Shown here piece after piece: positions 35,946-36,026 of a stretch of 36,026 nucleotides of DNA. A model generated the notes under the pieces. It was not told the DNA's origin and ran no database searches. It was given only the letters and a program-made list of their open reading frames with translations. Position 1 is the stretch's first letter; each line of letters starts with the position of its first letter. A program made the translations under genes and the position numbers. Source of the DNA: Catajapyx aquilonaris (lineage: Eukaryota); contig KZ539040.1 in the NCBI GenBank assembly GCA_000934665.2, forward strand, positions 1 through 36,026. The letters run 5' to 3'.

Positions 35946-36026
35946 ATGAAAGACAGGCTCTGGGCATGGGGAAACGGGCTTGTGCCCGCTTGTGCCTGCG
36001 ATTAGAGACTGAAACTCAGGTGATGT

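Noticed and set aside
1..36026. CRISPR arrays, operons or prokaryotic defence systems
   Set aside because: The sequence is eukaryotic with spliceosomal introns, and no regularly spaced repeat-spacer structure was seen.

Overview
Eukaryotic (animal, probably invertebrate) genomic DNA: AT-rich, with spliceosomal introns and many repeats. Two protein-coding genes are supported. (1) A + strand SLC17-family MFS anion transporter (sialin/VGLUT-like) with five exons at 767-3345. It has a probable GC-AG intron, altered TM1/TM4 key residues, and a stop codon that appears to be supplied by a hAT-like transposon end. (2) A - strand type I membrane protein with exons at 15400-15619 and 12839-14615: a kelch-type repeat, a Thr/Ser/Pro mucin-like stalk, one TM helix and a short tail with an ITIM-like motif. 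Its 5' exons were not found. The rest is mostly transposon debris: an internally deleted Chapaev3-like DNA transposon with intact ends and a TAA TSD, three heavily decayed Ty3/Gypsy pol remnants, a long foldback palindrome carrying a hAT MITE with an 8-bp TSD, two tRNA-derived SINEs and small MITE fragments. A CCAAT/CRE/E2F motif cluster lies near the right end. I see no convincing new multi-gene system; the best novelty candidate is the kelch-mucin receptor-like gene and two possible cryptic exons downstream of it. All family calls come from motif recognition by eye, with no database searches.
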